A stretch of 64,000 nt of DNA. Source: Psilocybe cubensis (lineage: Eukaryota). The translations under genes were made by a program, and so were the position numbers. Below are positions 1 through 14,637 of the stretch, piece after piece. Location of the stretch: NCBI GenBank assembly GCA_017499595.2, contig CM039006.1, positions 2,542,001-2,606,000 of the forward strand. Reading direction: 5' to 3'. Position 1 is the stretch's first letter. Each line of letters opens with the position of its first letter. Below the pieces are notes generated by a model, which was not told the origin of the DNA, ran no database searches, and worked only from the letters and a program-made list of their open reading frames with translations.

Positions 1-440
1 TAAATTTTTGAAGGATTCGTCGGAGAATCGACTCGTCTTCTGTGGTCTTCAAGTTATTGGAGAATGCGATCACATTGGACTGTGTAGTTTGTCAGAAATT
101 CTGGGCAGACTGAGGGGGCTTTAGATGATATCAAAAGAAGCTGGAGCAATGCGCTGCGGTTTTCCAGGAAGCATAGAAAAAAATTGCACGTGCGTGTGGA
201 GTTTACAACTTCAAAAATAAAGCAAATAGTGCTTAAAAATGGGTAATTGTACTGATATTGTACAAGTACTTTATACATTTTGTAAACCTGATCACAAGTA
301 AAACAGTAAGGTATCTCTGCGTGAACAAATCATAATCATCGTTGCTATCGTTATGTACGCGAAGTGGATACAAGTAAATAGGAGAATCGTAATCGTTTAA
401 TCAATACATCAAAGTATTTTTGAAATGTGATAGGCGCCTA

Positions 441-2881
441 TCAATGGGCGAAGCGGAAGTCCAGGCGCTTGTTGCCCTCATCCTTGGTCGTGGAGAGATA
501 TTCACTCTTTTGCTGAAAAAAACAGGAAAAACAATAAGTTATAAGGTTAAATGCAATAATAACAACCAACCTCGTTAGTCATGGCATCCCACACCTTTGC
601 TCTTTTGGCGTTCCGCCATTTGTAGTATAGTTTGGTGCCGGGGTAAAGAATGATGCAGTTGAAAGCGGCAACACCAATAAGCCAGCTTGTGCCCCGGTGG
701 TCTTTTTACATCAAGTAGAGCAACCTTGAGAAAAAAAGCTTCTCCGAGTATGAAGAAAATGGACTGACAGTGGGGTGCATCATCCGCGCGATAGATATTT
801 GAAGAAACTACAACGCCAGCTTGTGCGAACCTAAGAACCACAGACCCATCAATATTTTTTCTTGTAGAATACAAAAAAATACGAACATGTTATAAATGGA
901 TGCATTCACTGTGCGTGATGCTACACCTCCGGCGTTGCGGGAGCACCACCCAACTTGAATTGGGTGCGTGTACGGGAAGGACAGCAAACCAGTCGTAATA
1001 CCCTAGTCATTATTTTGCCTAGTAAGTTTACCGGAGCAATTTCAAGCATACGATAATGACTCACGTAGAACAACCATGGACTTGAAGTCGTTGGAATCGT
1101 ACGCAGCGCGATGAGGAAAGGGAAGGCCCACAGCGCTTCGGCCATTGCAACGAGCGCGCGGTCGTTGACGACTTCGGAGACCATGGTGATGGAAAGCATG
1201 GCAAGGATGTTTCCGAATTGGGATGGTATAGTGAGCAGATTAGTATCCAGTGTGGAGAAGCCGAGGTTGCGTAGGGAGAGCGTCAAGTAACTGCTTGGTG
1301 GGGTGACAGGAATGCCAAACATGAGGCCGCTGTAATGAATGTGTCTTGTGAGTGTGGTACGCCACGGATAAGAGAAAGTAACAAACATGGCATAGAGTGG
1401 CCAAAGATCGTAATCGCAAACGGCCTTCCACAGTTTCTTTAACGAGAGTGCTTCTCTGTTGTGCATATCTCCCTAGAAACAAAACGACGTTCGTCCCTTG
1501 TCATAATTTCGAAGAAAAATTCAGATGTACCTTGGACGGATCATCTCTGAGGATGCGCGTGGTGGCGATAATTTCTTCGCGCTCGTTAAACCAGCCGTTG
1601 GGTCGATACCATGCCTTGGTTTGCGTTTGTGACGGGACCATCATGAAGAATGTCGCGATACCGATCGCAAGAGTTAGCAAACCTCTGCCAAGATGATGAG
1701 CATGACGTTCAAAGAATGTGATTTAATAAAGAATAGAACATACTCAATCAGGAAAAGCCATCTGAAGCCGATACAATGCACTTGGTCAGTTGCGTAGGTA
1801 GCATAGAGAATGAGAATTCTGTACCTCCATCCTGCCAAACCGAGTGTACCACGCATCCGAAGGACACCAACTGCGAGGAAGCTCCCAAAGATGCTGCACA
1901 AGTTCATGGATACCCAGAAGATAGCAAGTCGGAACGGGAGTTCATATTTAGTGTAGAAATCTAAATGAAATAGAAGTGTCAATTTCGATCAAAACAATGC
2001 GGACTAGATGCGTACAAGAGAGGTATAGAATTAGATCTGGAATAAATCCGCCTTGAATAAATCCGAGAAGGGATCGGCAAACGAGCAGAGAGGTGCGTCC
2101 ACTGAGCCAAAATTGTCCCACAGTGACCAGCGCCCAGCAGCACATTTGAATGGGAATCCATCTGTCGGGACCGAGCTGTAAGAGAAAACTATAGGTTAGA
2201 ATTGACGTTCCCAAGAGATTCAGAGAACTTACCCGTTTGGAGATAAGTTGAGATGGTAATTCGGCACTCAAAAATGAAATCCTAAAGAGGGTATTGGCAA
2301 GATTGTAATCTGTATACCAACTCAGAATTAGAGATGGAAGAGAAGGAAATAAGGAACGGTACTTGCCATTTGTGGAGAGTTTTAGATCCTTAAGTATGCC
2401 GTCGCTGTTTGCCAAACTGAGGTTGTTTCTGTCCAGATTAAGAGCAGAGAAACTGATAGCCGCCCATAAAAGAATCTTCCAATCTATTTTTCGAACCAGA
2501 GCCTGAGTTGGAAGATCTCAAGTCAGATCGAACAAGGATAAAAAAAAAATTGCGACGCACTCTTTCTTCTCTGACCGTCCAACGAGCCTTTGGATCAAAA
2601 CGATGAATGTTCTCGTACTCCGGTGTTGGCCAGTAATGGGGGGACAAATGAGGGTCGTCATAGACAGAGCGTCGAGTAGCAATAGCATCGAGATCGCGAG
2701 GCTTGTACAGATGACGGCGGAAAAGGTATGTGACGAACTTGAGTGGTTCAGGCTCATCTTCCACCAGGTCGTCACCGCGATATGACTTCTCATCCACCTC
2801 TACCTGAGATTTCTTTTCGATCGAACCTGAAGATTCGGAGATAGAGCCGGACTTTTGGCTGGCGGGTGAGTTCGGTGACAT
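441..2881 (-). CDS. MFS transporter, allantoate permease/anion:cation symporter-like (multi-exon)
   Basis: Exons give [10 protein letters not shown]..., [69 protein letters not shown] and a C-terminal [10 protein letters not shown] (TGA at 443-441). Short GT-AG introns separate them. Confidence 0.9.
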
Positions 2882-4042
2882 CTGGGCGTCTGTGCTTTCC
2901 GTTGGGTTCGCAAAGAGACGGCGCGCTTCTTGGTATTAAGGACTTTACTGAATTGGCGAGAAGCACACCATCTTTGCATGAACAGAAAGATAATAGCGTT
3001 TGTGGGTCATATGCATGCTTATTTGTCCTTGAAGGCGTCGCCTAGATTAAGAATATGGTGCATTCGAAGTAGAGAGATGGCGCAACGTCCCTTGACGCGG
3101 GAGATCCACTTCTGTGATGGCAGGGAAAATCACGAATACCTCCGTCATCTCAGATTCAGCTTTCTGAATTCGAATTTGATGTTTGAATGTTAACAATTCG
3201 GCCGTTATTCTTATGGAAGCTGTCCCGGGAGTGAGTCGAAGCAGGCTGGTAGAAACAAAGTTTGTTGATTTGTCAATGGATACAATGCAGTCATGGGCCT
3301 GGCAGAGAGCAAGGCGCAGAAGGTACGGAAGCTTTTCCATATCATTCCAGTTTCCCAGCAGTAGAAGAAAGATAAGGACCGTGAGTGAGATTTGAAGCCA
3401 TACACCAGAAAGTAATCCTAGGCGTAATTTGCGATCAAAATGGCGAGCTTGGGGAAGCGTATTGCCCATAATCTAAGTGGTTCATACATGAAGGAAAGAC
3501 CGATATCAAGCCACGCACATGAATATGATGCCGACGCCCTGTTGAAGATCTATTGTGCGTATATTGAATGCCATGAAATTGTGGTGGAAGTGTAAAGAGA
3601 GTAAAGGTGGAAGAATGTTTCGATGCCAAATCTGATGCGGTGTTGTTTTGTGCTGCGATCCGCCCAGGATCGCCCCTCGCGAGTGCCAAACAAAACATAC
3701 TCCAGCACAATTCAATTTTGAAGCATGAAATATCTCAATCGCGTTTTCCTCTAACAAGCGTTGAATGAGGTGACGTGGCCTGGGGGTGTGGATGTTATGC
3801 TGCCGTTAGGATGATGGAACCGTACCGTTGGCCACTAAACAACAACAAAATCCGTAAGAACCAAAGCTAAGCACCGTCACACCTTTACCACGACCACGAC
3901 CACGACCACGACCTTTATAACGACGACCACGGCGGCGACCATACATCCTTTTCTGCCGGCCTTTCGTCGCTCTAACTGATCGTCTGACGAACAACGGTTT
4001 CCTGTCTTTTCACCTCCAGTATCCTCGATATTCAGTGTGAGG

Positions 4043-7000
4043 ATGCATTTCACCAAGCCAGAATGGGTTATGCACAAGGACTCCGCCAAATCTGACCAGC
4101 ACACCAAACGACTATCGATATTCTCTGTTCATGTGCATCCAGATGGATCACGGATTGCCACGGGCGGGCTCGACGCGAAGATTCGGATATGGAGCACAAA
4201 ACCGATACTCAACCCAGCCTCTGAGCTGTCAGGCAAGCCGCCAAAGTCACTGTGCACTCTTACAATGCACACCGGACCAGTTCTGACTGTGAGATGGGCG
4301 CATTCGGGGAGGTGGTTGGCTAGTGGGAGTGATGATGAGACAGTTATGGTTTGGGACCACGATCCGTAAGTGGTCAGCATTACCTTCAGTGTCTCACCAA
4401 CATTGGCTCAAGACGCGTAGAAACGCTCGAGGAAAGGTCTGGGGAACTGACGACGTCAATGTTGAAGGTTGGAAACCTCTGAAACGATTGCAAGGCCATG
4501 AAAGTGGTTCGTATATTACATTGACAGCAGTCACTTTAAACCTCACTCTTCTTCTTTCCGTAGACGTAACCGACGTGGCATGGTCACCAACCGACCGATA
4601 CCTCGCATCAGTGGGACTGGACTCCGCTGTAATTATATGGTGTGGATACACACTAGGTACGTTGGTGTCGTCATGCATGACCATGCGCACTCAACTCAAC
4701 TCACCTTTAGAACGTCTACGCAAACTTGACCAGCACCAAGGCTTTGTAAAAGGAGTTTGCTGGGACCCTGTTGGAGAATTCATGGCCACTCAGTCGGATG
4801 ATAGAACCGTCAAGATATGGAAAACTACAGATTGGTCATTAGAAGCTGAAGTCAGAAAGCCATTCGAGGATTCACCTGGCAGCACATTCTTCCGTCGGCT
4901 AAGGTGGGCGTGTGCAAGTTCTCAACTCTTAAGTTTCAATTAAAATCCATGCATTTAAGCTGGTCTCCAGACGGTGCTCACATCACAGCGTCTAACGCGA
5001 CAAATAACAAAGGATATGTATTCATTGCCGCAGTAATTACTCGGAACACATGGACATCAGAAATTAGTTTGGTCGGACACGAAAATACTGTTGAAGTGGC
5101 GGTGAGTTGTTATTCATCTTTCTCTCTTTTCACGTCTGAGTCTCATCGATCCCATAGTGCTACAACCCCCACATATTTCTCCGTAATCCTTCAGCTCCAA
5201 TCTCGACATCCAACATATGCTCTGTGGTGGCTCTTGGTGCAGACGACAGGTCTGTCTCCGTTTGGCAGACAAAATCAGCTCGGCCGCTTATCGTGGCAAA
5301 GGAGGTGTTCGAACGGCAGATCATGGACCTTAGCTGGTGCGCATATGAATCGTGATACCTTAATCTTTGTTGAATTGACTTATCTCTATACAACAGGTCA
5401 TGGGATGGAATGACCCTCTACGCCGCATCGTCCGATGGTACCATCGGTGCCTTCCAATTTGACTCCTCCGAACTCGAAGGTATTGCCACACACGCCGACC
5501 AGGAACAGTACCTCGCCAAATTTGGGTTCGTCCCCCCTCCCCTTCCCGAAGGCTACTCGCACCTCTCAAAACAGGAGCCTGTCACTGCTCCCCAGGCGCA
5601 CCAGGCCAACGGCTTCGTCAACAACCCGTCTCCAGAAAAAGTCAACATACTCGTCGCGAAACGCGCGCCAAAGGACAAGAAACGCGCCACGCTCGTCTCC
5701 AGCACCGGCATCAACGTGCCCACCAGTGGCAGCGCTATCCCACCGGGCTCTGTCTCTGCGCCCGTCATCAGGTCCAACGGGAGCCTTGGCGATGGCACGC
5801 CCTCAAACCGCCCCCCAATGTCACAAATGCACGACGTGAAGTCAACCTCGCTGGCGCCTTCGAACTTCTCTGGATCCTCGTTCCCCCACCCTTCGGAGCA
5901 GACGTTCGGCGATTCATCCATGAGCAGCTGGGCGCGCCGTGCTGCTGATCTAGCCCATGCCGCGATGGAGCTAGACGCGGCGCCTGTCGACTCTTTCCTC
6001 AACGATCAAAGTATCAGCAGCATCAGTACCCTGGCGAAGGGCAAGAGGAAAGTGTCGTCAGTCGGTGACCTTGCAGATGATATGAACCCGAAGGGTGTGA
6101 AGGCGCGCACGCTGGGTGGAGACCGTCCGTTGGAGGTACATGTGCCCAAGCCAATAGCTGCGTGGGGGACAGGCCCCGGAAGGCACCCGTACGCGAATGC
6201 TGGCCCGGGAGCGTGGGGGAGCGGGTCCGGGATGCAAGAGGTGTTATTACCGAATCCCCAGCTGCTGAGTTATGTGAGCTCTGAGGTCGAAGGGAGTGGT
6301 GATGTGCTAGAAGCAAAAAATATTGAGGAAAACGGTATGTTGGGATTTAGAGAATGTGTACTTTGTTTATTTTTAACTGTGTGCTTGTAGGAACTACGGA
6401 AATTGCTCTAGTTAGTGGCAAGCAAACAGAATGGCTAGATTATCTGCCATCACCGGCGTTGCTTGTCAAAGCTACTAGCTCATATTGTGCAGTAGCAATG
6501 GAGGACGGGACAATTCATGTCTATTCACATACCGGTAGACGGTGAGATTCTTGTCTTGATTTCTTGCTCTAAAGAATGACTAAAACGATTTACAGAATCA
6601 TGCCCACCATCGCTCTCAGTGCCCCATGCTCTGTAATTGAAGGATGTAGAAATGCATTACTCGTGATGACCGTCAACGGAGAGGTTCACTCATGGTAAAC
6701 GCACCTTATTCCGTTTCTCCAAGTTCAAAGTCTAATTTTAACACCGTTCGAAACTTTTGCAGGAACATCAAAAAACAAACAGCCAACTTTCCCCCAACCT
6801 CCATCCGCACTCTTTACGCTGCATCCTCTTCTCCCAACTTCCGCCTCGTGTCTGCGGCGGTACGAGAGAATGGTGCACCTATTGCCCACTGCTCCAACGG
6901 GATTGTATATTCTTACGATCCTTCTCTTCTTACCTGGGTCAAGCTTGCTGACAAATGGTATGCTGATGGATCAGACTTCTGGCAAAGTCGCCAACGGGGC

Positions 7001-7558
7001 AACGCGAGCACCGCGAATCGCGGTATTATGACCGCCATTGAGGGCAGCATATCCAGTCCGCCGGACGAGAGTGCTGCGGAGATCCCGAGGCCGAGCTGGT
7101 GGAGTTCTGCACTAACGCTTGCCCATCTGGAAACGAAGCTGCATGCAACAAGACTTCTGGATAGCCCACAGGAATATAAACAGGCGCTGTTGGTCTATGC
7201 GAAGAAGATGGCAGATGAAGGCTTCAGAAGTAAGGCGGAGGAACTGGTGAGGGAGCTTTTTGGGCCAGTTTATTGGTTTGTTTTTTTTTTTTTTTTTACC
7301 TGTATGTCTGGTGACCTAACGTCCTTTTTAGGCGTCCTGGAAAAGAGGAAAATTGGAATCCAAGTGTCGCAGGTCTTTCCAAACGAGACCTCTTGAAGGA
7401 CGTCTTATCTGTGTTCGGTATGTCATCTGTGCTGTTTTATTTCTATCAAGCTAATGTATAATTTCATCCGATCAGCTCGTAGCAAGACATTATCAAGTCT
7501 TGCTGCCCAATGGCAGGATACCCTTAAAAAGGCGACAAACGATGAATCATTCACCTGA
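4043..7558 (+). CDS. HIR1: Histone transcription regulator HIR1/HIRA (WD40 repeats, HIRA B motif, Hira C-terminal domain)
   Basis: MHFTKPEWVMH...IFSVHVHPDGSRIATGGLDAKIRIW; WD40 motifs GFVKGVCWDPVGEF and STFFRRLSWSPDG; C-terminal LTLAHLETKLHA..EYKQALLVYAKKMADEG. The spliced last exon ends at TGA 7556-7558. Confidence 0.95.
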
Positions 7559-8890
7559 TAACATGAATGCCCCATGTCCCCGTCCCCGTCCCCATCCGCT
7601 TTGCTTTATGTTTGCTTTGCTTTTATCCCATTTGACACGGTGTATCTTATGTTACCTTTTGTATGTCTACATTACTTCACGTTATTCAGCAGGAAATTGG
7701 GAAGAAGTAACCCACCCTGATATTGGCGACCATTACCCTCGACCTATCGCCTTCACAAATGACTCGACCAGCCTGTCCTCGAAGCGGAGTCGCCCATTTT
7801 TTGCGAAATCCCGAGGGTCAGAATGTCGAGCTGGTTGAGGAATGCCCCTCGAGAAACCGTCGAGACCGAGCTGGTGAAGTAAGAGAGAGATAGGCCTTTC
7901 AAGCTTCAAGCTTCATCCCTCGAGGTTGCTCTGCCCCGGTTTCTCGCACTCGAGCAGAAACAGAAAGATAACGTTCGAAGTGGAACTTCTCGAACTCCAT
8001 GTACGTGTAATGCTGAGCGGTCATCCTTCGGCTTGCTGTAAAAATGTTCGCGTTTTGCCACACGTCGCTATTTTATCGCGCACTACAACGACACGGCCAT
8101 CCAGGGGATTGCCTGAAAAGGCAATCAACGTTCATCATGACTTCCAATTTTTGGCCCACTGTGGTAAGTGTACCTTGGGTACTTTTGCGGATGACATTTC
8201 CGCCCGGTTGCCGAATCTGGCCTCGACAAGGCTCGTCGCACAATTACAGCTTCCACATATTTTCCTCTGCACTGTGTAGCTCGTCGGGCTTGACGTGCAC
8301 TGTGCGATTTAAGCGCGATTGCAGTGGTCATGTAGAAATCACCATGGTCTATGAATCGTGGACTAGTCAATGGTTGGATGATGACTCCTATGCCAGGTGC
8401 CTGAGGTCAATTCAATTATTCAACGTCATAGTTTACATTTGCAATGATATCCTCTCGTGCCATTTTGCTCAGAATTGAAACTGTGGCGTATCTTTGGTCG
8501 CGTTCAATGGATTATTACTCTGACCAATTGACCTACTTCATTTTACTAGATAATTATAAGTGACCCCTAGGGTGATTGTATGTGAATCTCTCAGTAAACA
8601 CTGGATGTATTTTTAGGTCGGTCTCAATTTTGATTCATTACTCCGACTATCTTTCTTTCTTATTCTATCTTCCTCAGATCCACGGCCCCTGGTGCCGTTG
8701 TAGTGCGATTCTATCAAGATTTGCGGTCCGAGGTATTCGATCTTTTGCTGCAAATCTTAAATGCCCATTTGCTACTTTATGGGGCCTTAGTATCTGACAT
8801 TTTACTCGGTCAACTGGGTTGTATTTATAATGAGTATAAAAACGAGGTATGAAGTACTGCTTTCCATACCACTATTCACCGAGCTCAGTC

Positions 8891-11208
8891 ATGTCGTCAG
8901 TCTCTGCCTTTGTGCTCGACAATCCTGGGCTTTGTGCGCTCGCGCTATGCGGCGTTGGCGCTGTCTGGATTTACAACAAACGGGCGTCCAAGTTACCCAA
9001 CATCCCAGGGCCTCGCTCTTCTTCCTTTTTGACTGGTATAACCCCTCACCACTTGATTGTAGCTATCTCTTCTAATTCTTTTTCAGGAAATCTATTCGAT
9101 CTTGTTGCTCCTACTACGGGTCGTGACTGGGTTATTAACACCAGCAACACCTACGGCGGCGCAACCAAGTTGTCGACTCTTTTTGGTGTGAGTGGCAACT
9201 GCCCAAAGGATATTACTTACCACTAATTTTCAACATACAGGGACGGTCTCTAATGATCAATGACCAAAAGGCCTTGCATCATCTATTGGTTAAAGAGCAG
9301 GATAACTTTGAAGAATGGGAGGCTTGGACGACGTAAGTTATCAGTGGTCAGCAATAACCACAATCTGAACTCCGTTTTACAACGCATTCTCAGGACAAAC
9401 GATTTACTGTTCGGACCTGGATTGCTTTCTACAGCCGGTGCTCAGCACAAGAAGCAGCGAAGGATGCTTACACCCGCTTTCTCTGTAAAGAATTTACGAG
9501 GCATGACGCCCATGTTTGTGTCTATCGCTCGGGAGGTACGTTTCTTTCCAGTGGCAGTTTTCTACTCGGGATTCTGTCTCACCAATTTGGAAACAACTAG
9601 CTAGAGGGTGCTATCTCGGCAATGGTTGAAAAGGGCCCCAAGGAAATTGACCTTACTGCATGGTTGAGCAGGGTGGCCCTCGAAGCTATTGGACGAGGTG
9701 GAATGGGGGTCTCTTTCGGCAAGATGTCGGAACCGACAACGTTCTCCACTGCCACTAAGCAGCTTGCGTAAGTACCCCATACAAAGTGCGATATTTGATG
9801 CCCATCTACTGACACTATCTTTCCTTATTCCCTTTCTTCAGAGCCATTTTATCTGCTTTGCTTCCTATCGGTACCCTTACACCATTCTTCAAATATCTCG
9901 GCCCAGGCGAATTCCGTCGGTTCATGATCAAATTCCTTCCGTTCCCGCTTCTCAAGAGTCTGGAGGTTATTGTTAATATTATGGAGGATGAAGGAAAGAA
10001 GATGCTTCGGGCGCAGGACGCGACTCTCGCAGCTGAAGATGATTCAAGCGAGACGAAGAACATCATCGGAATTCTACGTACGATTGCTGCTCATTCTGCC
10101 GCTTAAAACAGCTCTAATCATCACCTAACAGTGAAAGCAAACCAAACATCTATCGATTCCGAGCGCATGTCCGACGAGGAGCTCATTGCGCAGACATCGT
10201 GCGTTCTCCTTTGACACTCAGAGTCCGATCCAAGAATGAACTAACGTTGCTCTATGCCCAGAACGCTCATTTTCACAGCCATGGACACAACCTCGTCTGC
10301 TATTTCCAGAGTTCTCCACCAGCTCGCTATACATCCTGAAGCTCAGGAGAAGCTACGCGCCGAGATTTCCGAGGCTTACCACAATCAAGACGATGCCATT
10401 GACTTTAACAACTTGATGGCCCTGCCCTATATGGACGCCGTCATCAAAGAGACCTTGCGAGTGTATGTTTGTCGACAGTCTTGAATCCAAAAAGTGGACA
10501 CTCACCTTCTTCTCCAGGTTCCCCCCTCTTCCTGTTGCCTTCCGTCAGTAAGTGATCTAATGCTCCTTTTTTTTGACCGGCATCTAAAGACTTGCTCAGA
10601 ACGCTTAAAGACACCGTTCTCCCACTGCTTCATCCTATCACTGGTGAAGACGGAACAATCTTGAACGAAGTACTCGTCGAAAAGGGAACCGACGTCTTTG
10701 TCAACGTTATCGGAGCAAATCATAATCCCAAGACATGGGGTGACGACGCTGGTGAATGGAAACCAGAGCGTTGGCTTTCAGAACTCCCGGAAAGCGTAAC
10801 CAAGATTCGCGACTACTCTGGCGTGTTTGCACACCAGTAAGTTTATTAAAGACCTTTAATGTCTTATCTTGTTTAATCTTGCTTTAGAATGACGTTTATG
10901 GCTGGAAACCGCTCTTGCATGTGAGTTTATTTTCATAATATTATTGCACAAATCTGAATGATTCTCGCAGTGGTTTCAACTTTGCTCTGCTAGAGATGAG
11001 TGAGTACTTATTCTTTGAACTATTGCCTGATATACTGAATCTCCGAGCAGGGGTTGTTTTGGCATTATTCCTCCAGTCCTTCGAGTTCAGTCTCCCGAAG
11101 GATAAGGATATCGTATGGAATCTTGGTCTATTGATGATCCCTGTCATCAAGGGCGCAACCTCACTGGAAAGTCAGCTACCTCTTGTTGTAAAGAAACGAG
11201 GAACTTGA
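8891..11208 (+). CDS. Cytochrome P450, CYP5150-like, multi-exon
   Basis: N-terminal anchor plus IPGP hinge, I-helix TLIFTAMDTTSSA, ExxR (KETLRV), WKPERWL and spliced heme motif FMAGNRSCIGFNFA. Family assignment is by recalled motif similarity only. Confidence 0.92.
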
Positions 11209-12210
11209 TGGGGGAAAGCTCCCTCTTTATTTTAGATTTTGGTATTTGACTACCAAACATACTTTAGTAGACTAGTTATTACAAGTCCTCCCTTGGAGGA
11301 ATCGTTATTATATCCGAAATCGATGAAACGCTTAATGAGCCGGCGATCAATCGGCAGGTTTTGATTGGAGATTGAATGAGCCATTTTTACATTTTGGCCG
11401 TTCACATGTGCGAGAATCGCTGCTTTCGCTTTTTGAGGCTTTGAGCCGGCAATGGCTCGGCAAGGAAGTCGGAACTTCAAATATCTTGCCACTCGACATT
11501 GATCAAAATCTGTTTGAATTTTGAAAGGTTTCTTGTTGCTCCAGCATTGTATGGCCTACTTTGTTACCTACAACAACTAAATGGTTATTTATGACTATAT
11601 CATTAAAGGCCTACTTATTTATGTAGACCTAAGAAATTCACCAGTTGTTCATTACCCTTGCATTCATGGCTTATATAGCTTATCTACAATAGGACAACTT
11701 ACAGCTATTTTCATATCGATAGGCCCAACCTCAAAATATATTCATACAGTCGGCCTTGAATTTTTGCGTAACCGAGTTACATAAGGAATGCTCCGATGTT
11801 GAGTTTATGTCAAACTATGGTACGATCTGGCAGCAAAGCGTCGACATGCCTTTCAGTTTGAGAAGGGAATGGCTTTAGGCGTGCTGATAATGTGGTGGTA
11901 TCGACATTCGTTCTCATAGCTCAACTTTTTGTAAATACTCATTGACAATTTTGCGAGTTTCCGTGATTCTGCCGTCTTCAAATTTTATGTTCCGCTTAAT
12001 AAAATTCGTTGTCCGTGTATGTGTAAATTTAGGGAATAGCTCTATCGATATGAAAATAGCTATAAACATTAGTGATTTCATTCTTTTCAGTCCAGTCTTT
12101 GTCTTCAAGTTAGATGGAGCTGTTACAATCTTATAATATACTGGATGATGCCCCTCCTAAAATACATGTCTTATAATTTCCAAAGGAATTGATCACAAGG
12201 ACTCGTATCT

Positions 12211-12241
12211 GCCGTGCGTAGCAACGGCCCACCTTACAAGT
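12211..12241 (+). mobile_element. Possible Helitron-like 3' terminus (hairpin followed by CAAG|T)
   Basis: An imperfect GCCGTGCGTAGCAACGGC hairpin, then a short spacer and CAAGT, closes an AT-rich non-coding stretch. The canonical end would be CTRR, and no 5' end was identified. Confidence 0.3.
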
Positions 12242-12665
12242 ATATTTTGATTTTAGTTGTTTGTGATATTGAATGAAATTCATACGTTGTAGTGTGTTTT
12301 GGTGTCAAATGGAAGTGAGATGGCTCATATAACAGAAGTATAAATTTTAGCAACTCAACTCGAGCAGGTAATAGGGACCCACACGTTCGTCTGATTTCCA
12401 GTTAGATGTAAAACCCTAGGTGCATCATGATGTCGATCCAAAATGCTGCGCGATGCCGGCTTTACCGTTAGCCGAGACAACCGTGCCGTTAAATCCGAAC
12501 CATGCTTGAATCATTCTTGACTGGTGACGCCATGAGTTGATGATGTTCCCTCGACCCAGCGGCATACGAACAACTACTCCATCTTTCCTTTTCACCACCA
12601 CCCACTCCTATCCAAAAAGATCTATACTTTCATCTTCTCACAAATCAAGGACGTTGAACACCGCC

Positions 12666-13992
12666 ATGTCATCTGAAACTGTTATTCGGGAGGTAAGCTT
12701 TTGGATACACTCAATACTCGCGGTTTGCTCACGGTCCCATCTTGCAATTTATCTTCTGACCTGTAGGTTACGAAAGGAGTCTGGACCTTCTCAAAGTGCG
12801 TACTCACGATACCGGTTTTTCAGACAACTAATCGCTTCCCTGAAGGCCTTTCGCTCGTTTTGGTATCTGGCCAATGGGCGGACGATCGACAGCCATCCAA
12901 TTAAGTAATGGTGGTGTCTGGATATTGGCGTCCACTCCTTTGGACAGCGAGACGAAATCTAAGTTAGAAGAACTGGGTCCTATCAAGTGAGAATGTTTGA
13001 TAAAAATTTTTGTGTGTCCGTCCTCTGACCATTCCTTTTCGAAGGTATATCATCGGCGCCGATGCCGTACATCACCTATTCCTCAGTAAGAAACGTTCAC
13101 CTACCGCTCATGGCTTGAATGATAATTTGATTCGGCAAATGAATCATGTATCATGTGCTTACACCTTCATTTTAGGCGAATACAAAAAAGCTTATCCAAC
13201 AGCGAAACTGATCGCTCCCGAAGCTACCATTACAAACCATCCAAACAAAGAACTGGTCTTCGACGGAGGTTAGATCTTTTTAAGACCTTGCTGAAATAAG
13301 GTTTTCATCACACCCGTTCGTAGTCTGGGGTCGAGATCCACAAGATACGAAGTATGGCTTCGAAGACGATGTAAGCCATGCTTATTTTTTTCTACCAACC
13401 TTACTAACACCGTCTTTCTGATGCCTAAAAGATTGAGCACTGGTCAGATAATGATACACCTATACTCGGCATAGAATACCTGCTCATATGGATTTCGTCC
13501 AGTTATTTCTCAGGTTTCAAAAACAAGGACGTTGCATTCCTTCATAAACCATCAAAATCACTCATTGAAGCAGATTTGCTCATGAATCTTCCGGGCAATG
13601 AACAGGTAGTCGCATAGATTCCGTATAGATCTAAGCTTCTGATAACCTCTATATAGTACTCAAAAGCTAAGCAAAAACCTCAATGGTTCAGATTTAACGT
13701 CAGCCCTGCATCAACATGGATCTATCCAAAGCTAATATGGAGCCTCGGAGAAGACAAAGAGTATAATACTACATGCTAGAGTTTTTATCAAAATCTCACG
13801 CGCGTATAGGGCCATGCGAAGAGACGCGAAAACTGTGTCTGGGTGGGACTTCGATAGAATTATCCCATGTCATGGGGTACACTTTCTCCTCGATCCCTCC
13901 CTCCTCCGTCGCTAATAATATGTTTGCAGGATGTTATCGAGACTAATGGAAAGAAGGCCTGGAATGACGTATACAAGTCTTTCCTCGACTGA
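12666..13992 (+). CDS. DUF4336-like / metallo-beta-lactamase-fold protein (about 11 exons, including an 11-nt micro-exon)
   Basis: Spliced product MSSETVIREVTKGVWTFSKPFARFGIWPMGGRSTAIQLSNGGVWILASTPLD...YIIGADAVHHLFL...DVAFLHKPSKSLIEADLLMNLP...WDFDRIIPCHGDVIETNGKKAWNDVYKSFLD*. Micro-exon ATTGAGCACTG lies at 13432-13442. Confidence 0.85.
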
Positions 13993-14637
13993 ATGAAAGA
14001 CATTTTTTTTCTGCTTCATTTCTCATAGATGGGAGCTCCGTTAGTGTCAACCTGGTGTGAAAGGGGGGTTTAAACAAGGGTTTTGCGTATTAAGTTCAAA
14101 TTACCATCAATTTTCAGAGAAGATTGCTTATCATGCGAGCATGTGAACCATGCCCTTAGCGCCCGTAATATCATACGTGAGAAGATCAATCCAGACATTC
14201 GGATCTCACGAGTAAACGCACACTCAACATCCTTGAAGTATGCTGAACTTCTTTCACGTATGATTTGGCTTCAAAGACTCGGTGAATGCACAGTGCCATT
14301 CAGTGTCTTACAATAATAATTCACCATGACGGCTGAGATGGCGGCTGAACGAACGTGGTTTTTCCCCTGTCGCATCACATAATATAAATATTAGAAAGAC
14401 CTGAACTGCCCCTCCCTATACAAGCAATCGTGTGCTACCGTCTGAAGAAACACTATTCCTTTGATTGACTGTCCAGTCTGGTAGCATCATCGCACTCAGT
14501 GTCTCGTACATTCGGCCTTGTATAATCCCTGTACGATCATCAATCTCAGTGCCTCATCAAAGCTCGTCGTCTTGATTTGCTAATTTATCAGATAACTCAG
14601 CGTATTTGCAGGTCTATACCATTATCAAAGTACAGAA

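Noticed and set aside
3047-3757. Minus-strand ORFs between the MFS gene and HIR1 (MGNTLPQ..., MAFNIRTIDL...)
   Set aside because: The only plausible splice gives a 36-aa peptide with no recognisable motif. It cannot be separated from chance in a divergent promoter region.
7560-8880. Several 70-144 aa ORFs between HIR1 and the P450
   Set aside because: They overlap in conflicting frames and show no motifs or consistent exon chain.
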